Assembly (NCBI GenBank): GCA_040389905.1
Contig: JAZJZK010000007.1
Span: forward strand, 415,492-479,491
From: Gemmatimonadota bacterium
GTDB taxonomy: Bacteria > Gemmatimonadota > Gemmatimonadetes > Gemmatimonadales > Gemmatimonadaceae
Direction: 5' to 3'
DNA: 64,000 nt
The first letter of the stretch is position 1, and every line of letters begins with the position of its first letter. The notes under the pieces were generated by a model that saw only the letters and a program-made list of their open reading frames with translations, was not told the origin of the DNA and ran no database searches. Of this stretch, positions 47,859-57,908 are shown in pieces. A program made the position numbers and the translations under genes.

Positions 47859-48017
47859 TTGCGCATCTCGCGAATTTTCCGCACCGACGACGGTTCGCTC
47901 GACGAACCAATTCCCGTCCGCCGAATGCTCCTGTGGGCACTCGTGTGGATCGGAGTGCTCGTCGGCGTCGTCCTGTATTTCCAGTACGCACGGCTGCTGG
48001 TGCCGCTGCTCGGCTGA
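47859..48017 (+). CDS. Small single-TM protein (52 aa from TTG, or 30 aa from ATG 47925)
   Basis: MRISRIFRTDDGSLDEPIPVRRMLLWALVWIGVLVGVVLYFQYARLLVPLLG*; GC3-rich codons; ends 22 nt before thrS; below the ORF-track cutoff. Confidence 0.6.
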   Translation: MRISRIFRTDDGSLDEPIPVRRMLLWALVWIGVLVGVVLYFQYARLLVPLLG

Positions 48018-48039
48018 CGTCCCACACCCAACGTTTCAG

Positions 48040-50016
48040 ATGATCGATCGTCCCGAATCCGCCACGTCCATCAACGCTGACGTCACCCTCGTCCTGCCCG
48101 ATGGCGCGACGCGCGTGGTGCCGGTTGGTACGTTGCCGGCAGAGGTCGTTCGGTCGATCGGCGAACGCTTGCTGCTCGCGGCCGTCGCTGTGTCCGTCGA
48201 CGGTCAGATCCAGGACCTGATGACCCCGCTTCGTACCGGGGGCGCATTCAAAGTTCTGACAGAGCGTGACGCAGACGCACTCGCCGTCTTGCGTCATTCG
48301 GCCGCACACGTGCTCGCTACGGCGGTGCGACGGCTGCGGCCCGACGCGAAGATCGGCTTTGGGCCGGCCATCGACGACGGCTTCTATTACGACTTCGAGG
48401 TCGCGACCCCTTTCACACCGGATGACCTCGCCGCGTTCGAGGCGGAGATGCGGAAGGTGGCGCAGGAGAAGTACCCGTTCGTGCGCGCCGAAGTGGATAT
48501 GGACGAGGCGCGCGTCCGCTTTGCCGACGATCCGCTCAAGCTCGAGCGCCTCGACGACTTCACCGATCCCGCGGAGATCATCTCGACCTACACGGATGGG
48601 CCGTTCATCGATTTGTGTCGCGGTCCCCATGTGCCTGACACGGGGCGGCTCAAGCACTTCAAGCTGCTGAGCGCCGCTGCGGCCTATTGGCGTGGCGACG
48701 AGAAGCGGCAGATGCTCCAGCGCATCTACGGCACCGCCTTCTTCAAGAAGGACGAACTGGACGCGCATCTCTTCCGCCTCGAGGAAGCGAAGAAGCGCGA
48801 CCACCGGCGCCTGGGCAAGGAGCTCGACCTGTTCATGCTCCACCCGTTTTCGCCCGGAGCGACGTTCTGGACCGAGCGCGGCACGATTCTCTACAACCTG
48901 CTCGTCGACTACGTGCGCGAGCGGCAACAGCGGAATTTTTCGGAGATCAAGACACCGCTCCTCTATAACAAGGGGTTGTGGGAGCTGTCCGGGCATTGGG
49001 GCAAGTACAAGGAGAACATGTTCCTGGTGCTCGACAACGAGTCGGGGGAGCATGACATCTCGCTCAAGCCGATGAACTGCCCGTCGCACTACCTCTTGTA
49101 TCTCTCCAAGAAGCATTCATACCGCGAACTGCCCAAACGCTTCGTCACCTTCGATGTACTGCACCGCAATGAGATCACGGGGGCGCTTTCGGGGCTGACC
49201 CGGGTTCGGCAGTTCGCGCAGGACGACTGTCACGTGTTCCTTCGCGAAGACCAGATCGAGGCCGAGGTGAAGTTCCTGATGGACTTCATCATGGGCTACT
49301 ACGAGTCGTTCGGGTTGACGGCGACGCTGAAGTTCGCCACGCGGCCTGAGTTGCGCCTGGGTGACGACGCCATGTGGGATCGGGCGGAGGGCGCCCTCAA
49401 GTCGGCGCTCGAGGCGACGGGAAAGCCGTACGCACTCAAGGAGGGAGACGGCGCGTTCTACGGTCCGAAGATCGACTTCGACGTCACCGACTCCATCGGG
49501 CGAGCGTGGCAGCTCGGCACCATTCAACTGGACTACGCCGCACCGGAACGCTTCGACCTCACCTACACCGGCGAGGACAACGCCACGCATCGTCCAGTCG
49601 TCATTCACCGGGCGGTCAGCGGCTCGTTCGAGCGCTTCATTGCCATCCTCATCGAGCACTTCGCGGGCGCGTTTCCAACGTGGTTGTCTCCGGAGCAGGT
49701 GCGCGTCTTGCCGATCAGCGCCGATCAGGCGGAGGTCGCTGCTGCCGTCACCGAGCGACTGGTTGCCGCAGGCATTCGCGCGCATCTCGACGATCGGTCG
49801 GAGACACTCAAGTACCGCGTGGCGGAGGGGGCTCGCATGAAGGTGCCTTACATGTGCGTAATTGGGCGGCGCGAGGTTGAAGGCGATCAGGTGGCCGTGA
49901 ACACGCGCGGTGCTGGCGAAGGGCAGAAACCGGCGCCGGTAGGGGTAAATGAATTCATCGCGCGCATCCTGTCGGAAACACGGACGCGGGCTTTGACGCT
50001 CACCGCGGGCGCGTAA
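48040..50016 (+). CDS. thrS: Threonine--tRNA ligase
   Basis: TGS domain, HSAAH, DLCRGPH, KRDHR, KPMNCP, AFYGPKID and GSFERF motifs. Confidence 0.97.
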   Translation: MIDRPESATSINADVTLVLPDGATRVVPVGTLPAEVVRSIGERLLLAAVAVSVDGQIQDLMTPLRTGGAFKVLTERDADALAVLRHSAAHVLATAVRRLRPDAKIGFGPAIDDGFYYDFEVATPFTPDDLAAFEAEMRKVAQEKYPFVRAEVDMDEARVRFADDPLKLERLDDFTDPAEIISTYTDGPFIDLCRGPHVPDTGRLKHFKLLSAAAAYWRGDEKRQMLQRIYGTAFFKKDELDAHLFRLEEAKKRDHRRLGKELDLFMLHPFSPGATFWTERGTILYNLLVDYVRERQQRNFSEIKTPLLYNKGLWELSGHWGKYKENMFLVLDNESGEHDISLKPMNCPSHYLLYLSKKHSYRELPKRFVTFDVLHRNEITGALSGLTRVRQFAQDDCHVFLREDQIEAEVKFLMDFIMGYYESFGLTATLKFATRPELRLGDDAMWDRAEGALKSALEATGKPYALKEGDGAFYGPKIDFDVTDSIGRAWQLGTIQLDYAAPERFDLTYTGEDNATHRPVVIHRAVSGSFERFIAILIEHFAGAFPTWLSPEQVRVLPISADQAEVAAAVTERLVAAGIRAHLDDRSETLKYRVAEGARMKVPYMCVIGRREVEGDQVAVNTRGAGEGQKPAPVGVNEFIARILSETRTRALTLTAGA

Positions 50017-50021
50017 ACGCG

Positions 50022-50906
50022 ATGTTTGTGTGCGTTGCATTCCCGCGTCGCGGAACGGGCCTGCGGTTGGTGCTGGGGTTCATGCTGGCGATCTCGGGCA
50101 AGGGACTATCGCAGCAATCGGCAGCGGCCTGCGTCACGACGCTTTCCGCGCCGACCCGCGATTCGATTCCGCTGACGGTCGGACTGCGGGTGCACGCGCT
50201 CGATGCGCTTTCCGACCTGCCGGAGACGTATCAGCAGCTGTTCGGCGACGGCGTGCGCCAGTTTCTTCGGCCGCCGACGCCGCTGCAGCTGGATGCCTAC
50301 GCGACTGAGCGCGACATGAACGATGTCGAACGCGTCGCGCACCTGACGCTGGAGGTCGCGCTCAAGGCGACCATGCGGCGGAACGGACGCATCGAGAACG
50401 TTCGCATCACGGGCGGTACGCGCACGGCGGACTTCGACGACGCGCTGCTCGCCGCCATCACGGCGATGGACACCAGCGGGGGACTGCCGCCCGTGCCGGA
50501 TTCAATCGACCTCGGGTCCGACACCATCCCCATCAGCGTGACGATCCTGACGAACGATTCACGCACCAAGCTGGCGAGTGGTATCGAGGTGCCGCTCTTC
50601 CAATTCAAGACGCCGCTTCGCCCCGTCAGCCGTCCCCTGTCGACTATGCCCGGGACGGCCGCGCTCGGGTACCCGAGGAGCCTGCGCGGGAGCAACATCT
50701 CGGGAACGGCAGTGCTGTCCTACGTTGTCCGACCCGATGGGAAGGCGGACATGCCGACCATCATCGCGTGGCGGGCCGATCATCGTGAGTTCCTTCGAAC
50801 CGTGATCGAAGCACTGCCGGCGTTCCGATTTGAGCCGCTCCAGGTGGAAGGATGCCCGGTCGCGCAGACGGTTCGGGAGCCATTCCGATTCAGCGTGGAG
50901 CCCTGA
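50022..50906 (+). CDS. Exported TonB C-terminal-domain protein (two TonB_C-like modules)
   Basis: RRNGRIENVRI..FDDALLAAI and YPRSL..GTAVLSYVVRPDG..FRFEP..V.Q....F patterns. Confidence 0.7.
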   Translation: MFVCVAFPRRGTGLRLVLGFMLAISGKGLSQQSAAACVTTLSAPTRDSIPLTVGLRVHALDALSDLPETYQQLFGDGVRQFLRPPTPLQLDAYATERDMNDVERVAHLTLEVALKATMRRNGRIENVRITGGTRTADFDDALLAAITAMDTSGGLPPVPDSIDLGSDTIPISVTILTNDSRTKLASGIEVPLFQFKTPLRPVSRPLSTMPGTAALGYPRSLRGSNISGTAVLSYVVRPDGKADMPTIIAWRADHREFLRTVIEALPAFRFEPLQVEGCPVAQTVREPFRFSVEP

Positions 50907-50907
50907 T

Positions 50908-51013
50908 TGTCACCCCGAAGCGTGCGCTGTTCCGCTCGTTGTGTCGCCCCTGATCGGAGCGAAGGGCCCACACCTCCGTAGTTCCGCCCGTTCTGTCGCC
51001 CTGAGCGCAGTCG
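50908..51013 (+). repeat. Tandem family-A arms (about 52-nt period)
   Basis: GTTCCGCYCGTT-n-TGTCGCCC at 50929 and 50981; the same leader occurs at 40167; a partial TGTCACCCCGA at 50908. Confidence 0.75.
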
Positions 51014-51017
51014 CTTC

Positions 51018-51146
51018 CGCCGGCGCACTGAACGCGGACTGAGCGGATTGAAGCGGATAAAGTCGGATACTGCGCTGTTGTTTTCTTGCTTGCGGATCAG
51101 ATGTGATCCGCCTCAATCGGCTCAATCCGCGTTCAATGTTCCGGCG
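51018..51146. repeat. Family-C (CGGAT-array) MITE-like element
   Basis: CGCCGG..CACTGAACGCGGACTGAGCGGATTGAAGCGGAT / ATCCGCCTCAATCGGCTCAATCCGCGTTCAATGTTCCGGCG. Confidence 0.85.
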
Positions 51147-51303
51147 CAACAGAACGTGGCACTTGACGTGGCACTTGCCGCCGCCGGAATCGACTCATAA
51201 GAGGACTGTCCGAACTGCACGGCGTTGAATGCCACCCGTCCACCGGATAGCTTTGTGGTTTCCCCGCTGCGTTTGCGCGCGGGCTGACTCGAGCACCTGG
51301 GCA

Positions 51304-52503
51304 ATGACCGATACGTCGCGCATCCCCGTCATCGTCGCCGCCGCGCGCACGCCGATCGGGAAGTTTCTTGGCTCGCTCTCCGCGCTGTCGGCGCCCGAAC
51401 TCGGCGCGATCTCCATCAGGGCCGCACTCGAACGTGCGGGAATACCCGCCTCGGAGGTGAACGAGGTGATCATGGGGAACGTCGTCCAGGGCGGCGTAGG
51501 CCAAGCCCCCGCGCGCCAGGCGATGCTCAAAGCGGGTGTGCCGTCGTCGGTCAGCGCCCTCACGATCAACAAGGTCTGCGGCTCGGGACTCAAGGCCGTC
51601 ATGCTCGCCGCGCAATCGATCAAGGCGGGAGACGCTCAGGTTGTCGTCGCCGGTGGCCAGGAGTCGATGTCGAACGCGCCATACTATGTCTATGGAATGC
51701 GCAACGGCGTGAAGCTTGGCGATCAGTCCATGGTCGACGGCATGATCAAGGATGGCCTCTGGTGCTCAACGTGTGACGTGCACATGGGTGGGCATGCGGA
51801 GTACACCGCGAAGAAGGCAGGCATCACACGGCTCGAGCAGGATGAGTTTGCCGCGGCGTCTCATCGCAAGGCGGTCGAGGCACAGCAGGCCGGCCGATTC
51901 GCGGCGGAGATGGCGCCCGTCACCATCAAGGGCAGAAAGGGCGACACGATTGTCGATGCCGATGAGGGTCCGCGAGCCGATACCACAGCGGATGCCCTCG
52001 CAAAGCTGCGCCCCGCCTTCGACAAGGGCGCCGATGCCACGGTGACCGCCGGCAACGCCAGCTCGCTCAACGATGGCGGTGCCGCGCTCGTGGTGACGTC
52101 GCAGGCATACGCCGAGGCACACGGACTCTCGGTGCTCGGTCGCATCACGGCGTACGCAACGGGTGCCGTCGATCCCAAGGAGCTGTTCTTCGCGCCGATC
52201 ACGGCGGTCAACAACCTGATGAAGAAAGAAGGCAAGTCGATCGGAGAGTACGATCTGATCGAGGCCAATGAGGCGTTCGCGTCGCAGGCGCTGGCCGATG
52301 GCGCCGGTCTCCAGTGGGATTGGGACCGCGTGAACGTCAATGGCGGCGCCATTGCGCTCGGCCACCCCATCGGCGCGAGCGGTGCCCGCGTGCTCACGAC
52401 GCTCTTGTACGCCCTTCAGGATCGCAATCTCAGCAGCGGCCTCGCCACGCTCTGTCTCGGTGGCGGGGACGCAGTCGCTCTCTCTGTTTCCCGAGGATCG
52501 TAA
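51304..52503 (+). CDS. Acetyl-CoA C-acetyltransferase (thiolase)
   Basis: RTPIG, INKVCGSG, GNASSLNDG, NEAF, GHPIGASG and LCLGGG motifs; start at ATG 51304. Confidence 0.95.
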   Translation: MTDTSRIPVIVAAARTPIGKFLGSLSALSAPELGAISIRAALERAGIPASEVNEVIMGNVVQGGVGQAPARQAMLKAGVPSSVSALTINKVCGSGLKAVMLAAQSIKAGDAQVVVAGGQESMSNAPYYVYGMRNGVKLGDQSMVDGMIKDGLWCSTCDVHMGGHAEYTAKKAGITRLEQDEFAAASHRKAVEAQQAGRFAAEMAPVTIKGRKGDTIVDADEGPRADTTADALAKLRPAFDKGADATVTAGNASSLNDGGAALVVTSQAYAEAHGLSVLGRITAYATGAVDPKELFFAPITAVNNLMKKEGKSIGEYDLIEANEAFASQALADGAGLQWDWDRVNVNGGAIALGHPIGASGARVLTTLLYALQDRNLSSGLATLCLGGGDAVALSVSRGS

Positions 52504-53045
52504 TGACGACTCTTTCCGTTGCCGCACGGACGCCGCGCACACGAACGCTCGGAATTCTCCTCGCTGTCGGGGTGCTCGCCCTTGCATCGCAGTTCGCCTT
52601 GCCGATGCCGGGAACACCCGTGCCGCTGACGCTGCAGCCGCTCGTCGTGGTTCTGGCGGGTCTGTTGCTTGGTCCAGTCGACGGCGCCATCGCGATGGTG
52701 GTCTACCTCGCGGCGGGGATGGTGGGTCTCCCGGTCTTCGCGCCCATGGGGCCCCCCGGAATCTCGCGTCTGCTCGGTGCAACGGGCGGCTATCTGCTCG
52801 CGTATCCTATCGCTGCAGCCGTCGCTGGGGCCTTTGGGGCGGGGGCGACCAGTCTCGTCGCGCGCGCGCTGGCGGCTGAGGCGGGAATTCTCGTGCTGTA
52901 CATCGGTGGTCTCGCGCAACTCGTGGTGCTCTCCGGGAGCTTCGGGCGTGCGGCGCTCCTCGGTGTCATCCCATTTGTGGCCGCCGATGTCGTGAAGGCG
53001 CTCGCTGCCGCCGCGATCGCAGGACTGCGGCGTCGACCCCTCTGA
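52503..53045 (+). CDS. bioY: Biotin ECF S-component
   Basis: PVPLTLQ, YLAAG..GLPVFA, GATGGYL and PF..DVVK motifs. Confidence 0.9.
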   Translation: MTTLSVAARTPRTRTLGILLAVGVLALASQFALPMPGTPVPLTLQPLVVVLAGLLLGPVDGAIAMVVYLAAGMVGLPVFAPMGPPGISRLLGATGGYLLAYPIAAAVAGAFGAGATSLVARALAAEAGILVLYIGGLAQLVVLSGSFGRAALLGVIPFVAADVVKALAAAAIAGLRRRPL

Positions 53046-53920
53046 CGACGGAAGAACTCCCCGGTGGCCGGGCGCGCGAAATCGCGCCGACCATCGGGCG
53101 CTCGCTCGCATTCGTTGCGTTGCTCGTTGCCTGCTCGCTCGCGGCGTCGTCGCTCATCACTCCGTTGCTCAACCGGCTGGCATTCTTTGCAGGGCAGCCG
53201 ATTCGGACCGACGTCTATGCGGAGCTCCTCTCCGTGTTCGCGGCCAGCGCAATCATGGTCCAGTCGATCGACCGGCGCTCGTGGGCGGATCTGGATCTCT
53301 CGCGCGCATCGTTCAGGGCCCGGCCGATGCTCGGCGGATGGCTCGTTGGCGCCATCGCGATTGCGGTGGTGTGCGGAACGCTTCTCGTCTCGGGCTTGCT
53401 GCTCCTCCAACCGTCGAGAACGGAATCGAGCTGGCTCGGCGCTGCCGTCCGGGTCACCATGGTGCTGCTGCCCGCGGCGCTCGCTGAAGAGATGATGTGC
53501 CGTGGATACCTGCTGTCGGTCATCCGCGAGTGCGTTGGCGTACGAAGCGCCGTGGTGCTCACGAGCGTGCTGTTCGGGTTGCTGCACCTGGGCAACCCCG
53601 ATGCGACGGCACAGTCCGTTGCCGTGGTGATCCTCTCCGGATTGCTCCTTGCCACGGTGCGTCTTGCGTTCTCGAGCCTGTACGCGGCGTGGATGACGCA
53701 CTTCGCGTGGAATTGGGTGATGGCAGTTCCGCTCCACGCGCCGGTAAGCGGCATTCGTTTCGAGGCGCCCGCCTATGAGGCGGTCACGCGCGAACCGGCG
53801 TGGCTGAGCGGAGGGGGTTGGGGACCCGAAGGCGGACTTGTTGCCGCACTCGGAATGCTGGGCGCATTGGGGTACTTCTACGCGCGGCGCCGCCGCGGGG
53901 ACTCGGTACAGGATGGCTGA
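53042..53920 (+). CDS. CPBP/Abi-family intramembrane glutamic metalloprotease
   Basis: AEEMMCRGY, FGLLH, HFAWN and GG.WGPEG motifs. Start uncertain: CTG 53042 overlapping the bioY stop, or TTG 53120. Confidence 0.85.
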   Translation: MTTEELPGGRAREIAPTIGRSLAFVALLVACSLAASSLITPLLNRLAFFAGQPIRTDVYAELLSVFAASAIMVQSIDRRSWADLDLSRASFRARPMLGGWLVGAIAIAVVCGTLLVSGLLLLQPSRTESSWLGAAVRVTMVLLPAALAEEMMCRGYLLSVIRECVGVRSAVVLTSVLFGLLHLGNPDATAQSVAVVILSGLLLATVRLAFSSLYAAWMTHFAWNWVMAVPLHAPVSGIRFEAPAYEAVTREPAWLSGGGWGPEGGLVAALGMLGALGYFYARRRRGDSVQDG

Positions 53921-54758
53921 GCGCATCGCGGTGATCGGGGCGGGCCAGATGGGAAACGGCATCGCGCACGTCTTCGCGCAATCCGGGTTCGACGTCGCGA
54001 TGATCGACGTCTCGGAGTCCGCGCTAGCGAAGGGGCGTGAAACGATCGCGAAGAATCTCGACCGGCAGATCAAGAAGGGGACGCTGACCGAGTCGGACAA
54101 GGGAGCGATCCTTGGGCGTCTCACGACGAGCGATTCAGTCGACGCCGTGGCTGGAGCGGTGCTTGTGGTCGAGGCGGCGACGGAGAATCGCGATCTCAAG
54201 TTCAGGATCTTTCGCGACATCGACGCCAAGGCAGACGCAGGCGCCGTGCTGGCGACCAACACCAGTTCCATCTCGATCACGGAGATCGCCGCCCAGACGA
54301 AGCGCCCGGAGTCGGTCATCGGCATGCACTTCATGAATCCTGTTCCCGTGATGCATCTCGTGGAGATCATTCGGGGGCTCGCGACATCGGATTCGACCAC
54401 GGAGCGCGTCACCGCCTGGAGCAAATCGGTGGGGAAGACGCCGGTGGAGGTGAACGATTTTCCGGGGTTCGTGGCGAACCGGATCCTCATGCCGATGATC
54501 AACGAGGCCGTGTATTGCGTCATGGAGGGCGTCGGCACGCCTGAGGCAATCGACACGGTGATGAAGCTCGGCATGAATCATCCGATGGGACCGCTGGCAC
54601 TCGCAGACCTCATCGGGCTCGATACCTGCCTCGCCATTCTCGAAGTGTTGCACGGCGGCCTTGGTGACACCAAGTACCGGCCCTGTCCGTTGCTGCGAAA
54701 ATATGTCGCCGCAGGGTGGCTCGGCCGAAAATCGGGGCGAGGCTTTTACGCGTACTAG
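53913..54758 (+). CDS. hbd: 3-hydroxybutyryl-CoA dehydrogenase
   Basis: GAGQMGNGIA, EAATE, TNTSSI, GMHFMNP, PGFVANR and HPMGP motifs. Confidence 0.92.
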   Translation: MAERIAVIGAGQMGNGIAHVFAQSGFDVAMIDVSESALAKGRETIAKNLDRQIKKGTLTESDKGAILGRLTTSDSVDAVAGAVLVVEAATENRDLKFRIFRDIDAKADAGAVLATNTSSISITEIAAQTKRPESVIGMHFMNPVPVMHLVEIIRGLATSDSTTERVTAWSKSVGKTPVEVNDFPGFVANRILMPMINEAVYCVMEGVGTPEAIDTVMKLGMNHPMGPLALADLIGLDTCLAILEVLHGGLGDTKYRPCPLLRKYVAAGWLGRKSGRGFYAY

Positions 54759-54764
54759 GCCGTT

Positions 54765-55931
54765 ATGAACCTGACTCCGCTGACCGAAACGCAGCTGGAA
54801 ATCCAGTCGCTCGCGAGAAACTTCGCGAGAGAGGAGATCGCTCCGCACGCGAGCCAGTGGGATCGCGACACCTGCTTTCCGCTCGCCGTCGCGCATCGGA
54901 TGGGCGCACTCGGCTTTCTCGGGATGGTGATCCCAGAGCAGTGGGACGGTCTCGGGCTCGATACCTTGTCGTACCTGCTCGCCCTCGAGGAAATCGCTGC
55001 CGCCGATGCGTCGGCGGCGGTGCTCATGAGCGTGCACAATTCGCTTCCGACGCAGATGATCCTGAATTTCGGGAACGATGCACAGCGCGAGACGCACTTG
55101 AGGCCGATGGCGCGCGGAGAAAAGATCGGCGCGTTCGCGCTCAGTGAGCCCGATGCCGGTTCCGATGCCTCGGCGCTCCGATGTCAGGCGGTGCGCGACG
55201 GCGACGATTGGGTGCTCAGCGGCACGAAGAGCTGGGTGACATCAGGTACGTTTGCCGATGTCATCATGGTCATGGCGCGCACCGACACGCCGGATGCTCG
55301 TCGCGGCTCGAAGGGAGTTTCCGCCTTCATCGTCACGCCCGATCTCCCCGGTTTCCACGTCGGCAAGAAGGAAGACAAGATGGGCCTCCGGGCCTCGCCG
55401 ACGGTGCAATTGAACTTCGATGGGCTCCGCGTGCCGGCGGCGAACCTCCTGGGCGACGAGGGGCAGGGGTTCGTGTACGCCATGCGTTCACTCGACAATG
55501 GGCGTCTCGGGATTGCCGCGCAGGCGATCGGCATTGCACGAGCGGCGCTGCACGCGAGTCTCGACTATGCCGCCGAGCGAAAGCAGTTCGGTCAGGCGAT
55601 CAAGGAGTTTCAGGCGATCCAGTTCAAGATTGCTGACATGGGCGCGCGCATCGCGTCCGCGCGAGCGCTGCTCCACGCCACCGCGGCAGCGAAGGATCGA
55701 GGGGAGTCGACGACGCAACACGGCGCGATGTGCAAGCTGCTGGCGAGCGAGACCGCGATGTTTGCGACCACCGAAGCGGTGCAGATTTTCGGAGGCTATG
55801 GGTACGTCAAGGACTACCCGGTCGAGAAGCTGTTCCGCGATGCAAAAATCACGGAGATCTACGAAGGGACGTCGGAAGTGCAGCGCATCGTGATTGCGCG
55901 GGAGCTGTTCGCTGAACAACGAGGGCGCTGA
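54765..55931 (+). CDS. Acyl-CoA dehydrogenase (short/branched-chain type)
   Basis: [33 protein letters not shown] and [10 protein letters not shown] motifs. Confidence 0.93.
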   Translation: MNLTPLTETQLEIQSLARNFAREEIAPHASQWDRDTCFPLAVAHRMGALGFLGMVIPEQWDGLGLDTLSYLLALEEIAAADASAAVLMSVHNSLPTQMILNFGNDAQRETHLRPMARGEKIGAFALSEPDAGSDASALRCQAVRDGDDWVLSGTKSWVTSGTFADVIMVMARTDTPDARRGSKGVSAFIVTPDLPGFHVGKKEDKMGLRASPTVQLNFDGLRVPAANLLGDEGQGFVYAMRSLDNGRLGIAAQAIGIARAALHASLDYAAERKQFGQAIKEFQAIQFKIADMGARIASARALLHATAAAKDRGESTTQHGAMCKLLASETAMFATTEAVQIFGGYGYVKDYPVEKLFRDAKITEIYEGTSEVQRIVIARELFAEQRGR

Positions 55932-55935
55932 GGTC

Positions 55936-56101
55936 GCACCGGCACATTGAACGCGGATCGAGCGGGTCGAAAAGAAAAACAAAGATCAAGCATAAACACG
56001 AAAGGTTTTCTTCAGACTCACGCGAAAGGGTTCTGAAGCGCGTCACCCAAAGAATCAGTGTTTCGCTGTTCAAATCCGCTCAATCCGCGTTCAATGTGCC
56101 G
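55936..56101. repeat. Family-C MITE-like element with an AT-rich interior
   Basis: GCACCGGCACATTGAACGCGGATCGAGCGG ... ATCCGCTCAATCCGCGTTCAATGTGCCG. Confidence 0.85.
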
Positions 56102-56185
56102 CCAGAAGAACAGCTGAATGGGGACCGCCGTAATTGCGAACAAGGACATCACACCAATTCACTCCAGCAAATTGAGTCGATAGAT

Positions 56186-57256
56186 ATGAAGCTTTTCGAT
56201 ACGATCGCTGCCATGGGTCACGAACAACTTGTGATCTGCAACGATTCCTCCGCCGGTTATCGCGGCATCATTGCCGTTCACAGCACCACCCTCGGGCCAG
56301 CGCTCGGCGGAACGCGCTTCTGGCAATATGCGAGCGATGAGGACGCCATCGTCGATGCGTTGCGCCTCGCGCGCGGGATGACCTACAAGAACGCCGTTGC
56401 CGGTCTCAATCTTGGCGGCGGCAAGTCGGTGATCATTGGCAATAACAAGACCGTCGATCGCGAGATGATCTTTCGTGCGCATGGGCGATTCGTCGAGTCG
56501 CTCGGCGGGCGGTATATCACGGCGGAAGACGTCGGCACGAGCACGGCGGACATGGACTTCGTGCACATGGAGACGAAGAACGTGTCCGGGCTCGCGGGCC
56601 GCTCTGGCGATCCATCCCCAGTCACCGCGCACGGTGTGTTTCGCGCCATTCAGGCCTCGGCGAAGGAACGGTGGGGTAGTGATGATCTCAGCACGAAGAC
56701 TGTGTCCATCCAGGGTGCCGGGCACGTCGGATACTACCTCGCCAAGGAACTGCACGAGGCGGGCGCCACGCTCGTGGTCACGGACATCGATGGCGAGCGG
56801 GTCAAGGCCGTCGTGAACGAGTTCGGCGCGCGAGCCGTTGCACCTGCAGACATCTACGCGGCCCAGGCCGACATTTTTGCGCCGTGTGCGTTGGGTGCCA
56901 TCATCAATGACACGACGATTCCGCAGTTGACGTGCGAGATCGTCGCTGGCGCGGCGAACAACGTGCTGCTCGAGGAGAGGCACGGCGTCGCGCTCGAGGA
57001 ACGCGGCATTCTCTACGCGCCCGACTACGTCGCAAACGCCGGCGGCGTCATCAACGTGTATTCCGAGCTGGCCGGCTGGAGCTCGGCGCGCGCCTTCCGC
57101 AAGGCCGACGAGATCTATGACACGATTCTCAAGGTCTTCTCGATTGCGAAGTCCGATAACGTGCCCACGTACGTGGCCGCGGATCGTCTCGCGGAGCAAC
57201 GCATTGCCGCCGTGGGCAAGATGGTGCGGACGTGGCCGCAGTGGCCGAACAAATAG
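56186..57256 (+). CDS. Leucine dehydrogenase (Glu/Leu/Phe/Val dehydrogenase family)
   Basis: [40 protein letters not shown] and GAANN motifs; start at ATG 56186. Confidence 0.92.
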   Translation: MKLFDTIAAMGHEQLVICNDSSAGYRGIIAVHSTTLGPALGGTRFWQYASDEDAIVDALRLARGMTYKNAVAGLNLGGGKSVIIGNNKTVDREMIFRAHGRFVESLGGRYITAEDVGTSTADMDFVHMETKNVSGLAGRSGDPSPVTAHGVFRAIQASAKERWGSDDLSTKTVSIQGAGHVGYYLAKELHEAGATLVVTDIDGERVKAVVNEFGARAVAPADIYAAQADIFAPCALGAIINDTTIPQLTCEIVAGAANNVLLEERHGVALEERGILYAPDYVANAGGVINVYSELAGWSSARAFRKADEIYDTILKVFSIAKSDNVPTYVAADRLAEQRIAAVGKMVRTWPQWPNK

Positions 57257-57307
57257 GAGCTAGGAGTTCGGGGACTGGGGACGGGAACGGCGGAACAGCA
57301 ACTGACG

Positions 57308-57405
57308 AGGAGCGGATTTAACGGATTCACCGGATAACAGCCGGATGAAGCAACTTCAGGAAGGTGTAATCCGAGAAATCCGTCGCATCCGTAAAATCCG
57401 CTCCT
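57308..57405. repeat. CGGAT-array inverted repeat (4 + 4 units)
   Basis: AGGAGCGGATTTAACGGATTCACCGGATAACAGCCGGAT / ATCCGAGAAATCCGTCGCATCCGTAAAATCCGCTCCT. Confidence 0.8.
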
Positions 57406-57434
57406 TGGCAGTTGAGAAGGCTTTGACCTGGATA

Positions 57435-57908
57435 ATGATGACAGAACGCACCGACACAATTCTGATCGCATCCGATCATGCTGGTTTCGAACTGAAAGAA
57501 AAGCTCGAAGCCGAGTTGAAGGCGCTCGGATATGCAGTCGACGATCTCGGACCGGACACCGACGCCTCGGTGGATTATGCTGATCTGGCCCATCCGCTCG
57601 CCGAACGCATCTCGAGCGGCGACGCCGACCGCGGAATCCTTATTTGCGGAACGGGACTCGGCATGTCGTACGCTGCGAACCGTCACGCGCATGTACGGGC
57701 CGCGGTGGCCTGGACGCCGGAGATCGCGGCGCTCGCCCGAGAACACAATGATGCAAACGTGCTCGTCCTCCCCGCGCGCTTTGTCGGCGAAGTGGAAGGG
57801 CGAGCCATCCTGAAAAGTTGGCTCGACACGCCATTCGCGGGCGGGCGCCACGCGCGCCGCATCGCGAAGATCGAGCTCGATGAACAACCTACCGAGGAGA
57901 GTCGCTGA
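57435..57908 (+). CDS. rpiB: Ribose 5-phosphate isomerase B
   Basis: [28 protein letters not shown] and GGRHARR motifs. Confidence 0.94.
   Translation: MMTERTDTILIASDHAGFELKEKLEAELKALGYAVDDLGPDTDASVDYADLAHPLAERISSGDADRGILICGTGLGMSYAANRHAHVRAAVAWTPEIAALAREHNDANVLVLPARFVGEVEGRAILKSWLDTPFAGGRHARRIAKIELDEQPTEESR

Noticed and set aside
47302..49116. Long antisense or alternate-frame ORFs (e.g. 47302-49116, 26456-28309, 52790-54574, 4743-6332, 13893-15365)
   Set aside because: They overlap well-supported genes, have no motifs, and are expected shadow ORFs in high-GC DNA.
50908..51177. CRISPR array
   Set aside because: Only 2-3 degenerate units, no regular unique spacers and no cas genes; the units match dispersed REP-like repeats.
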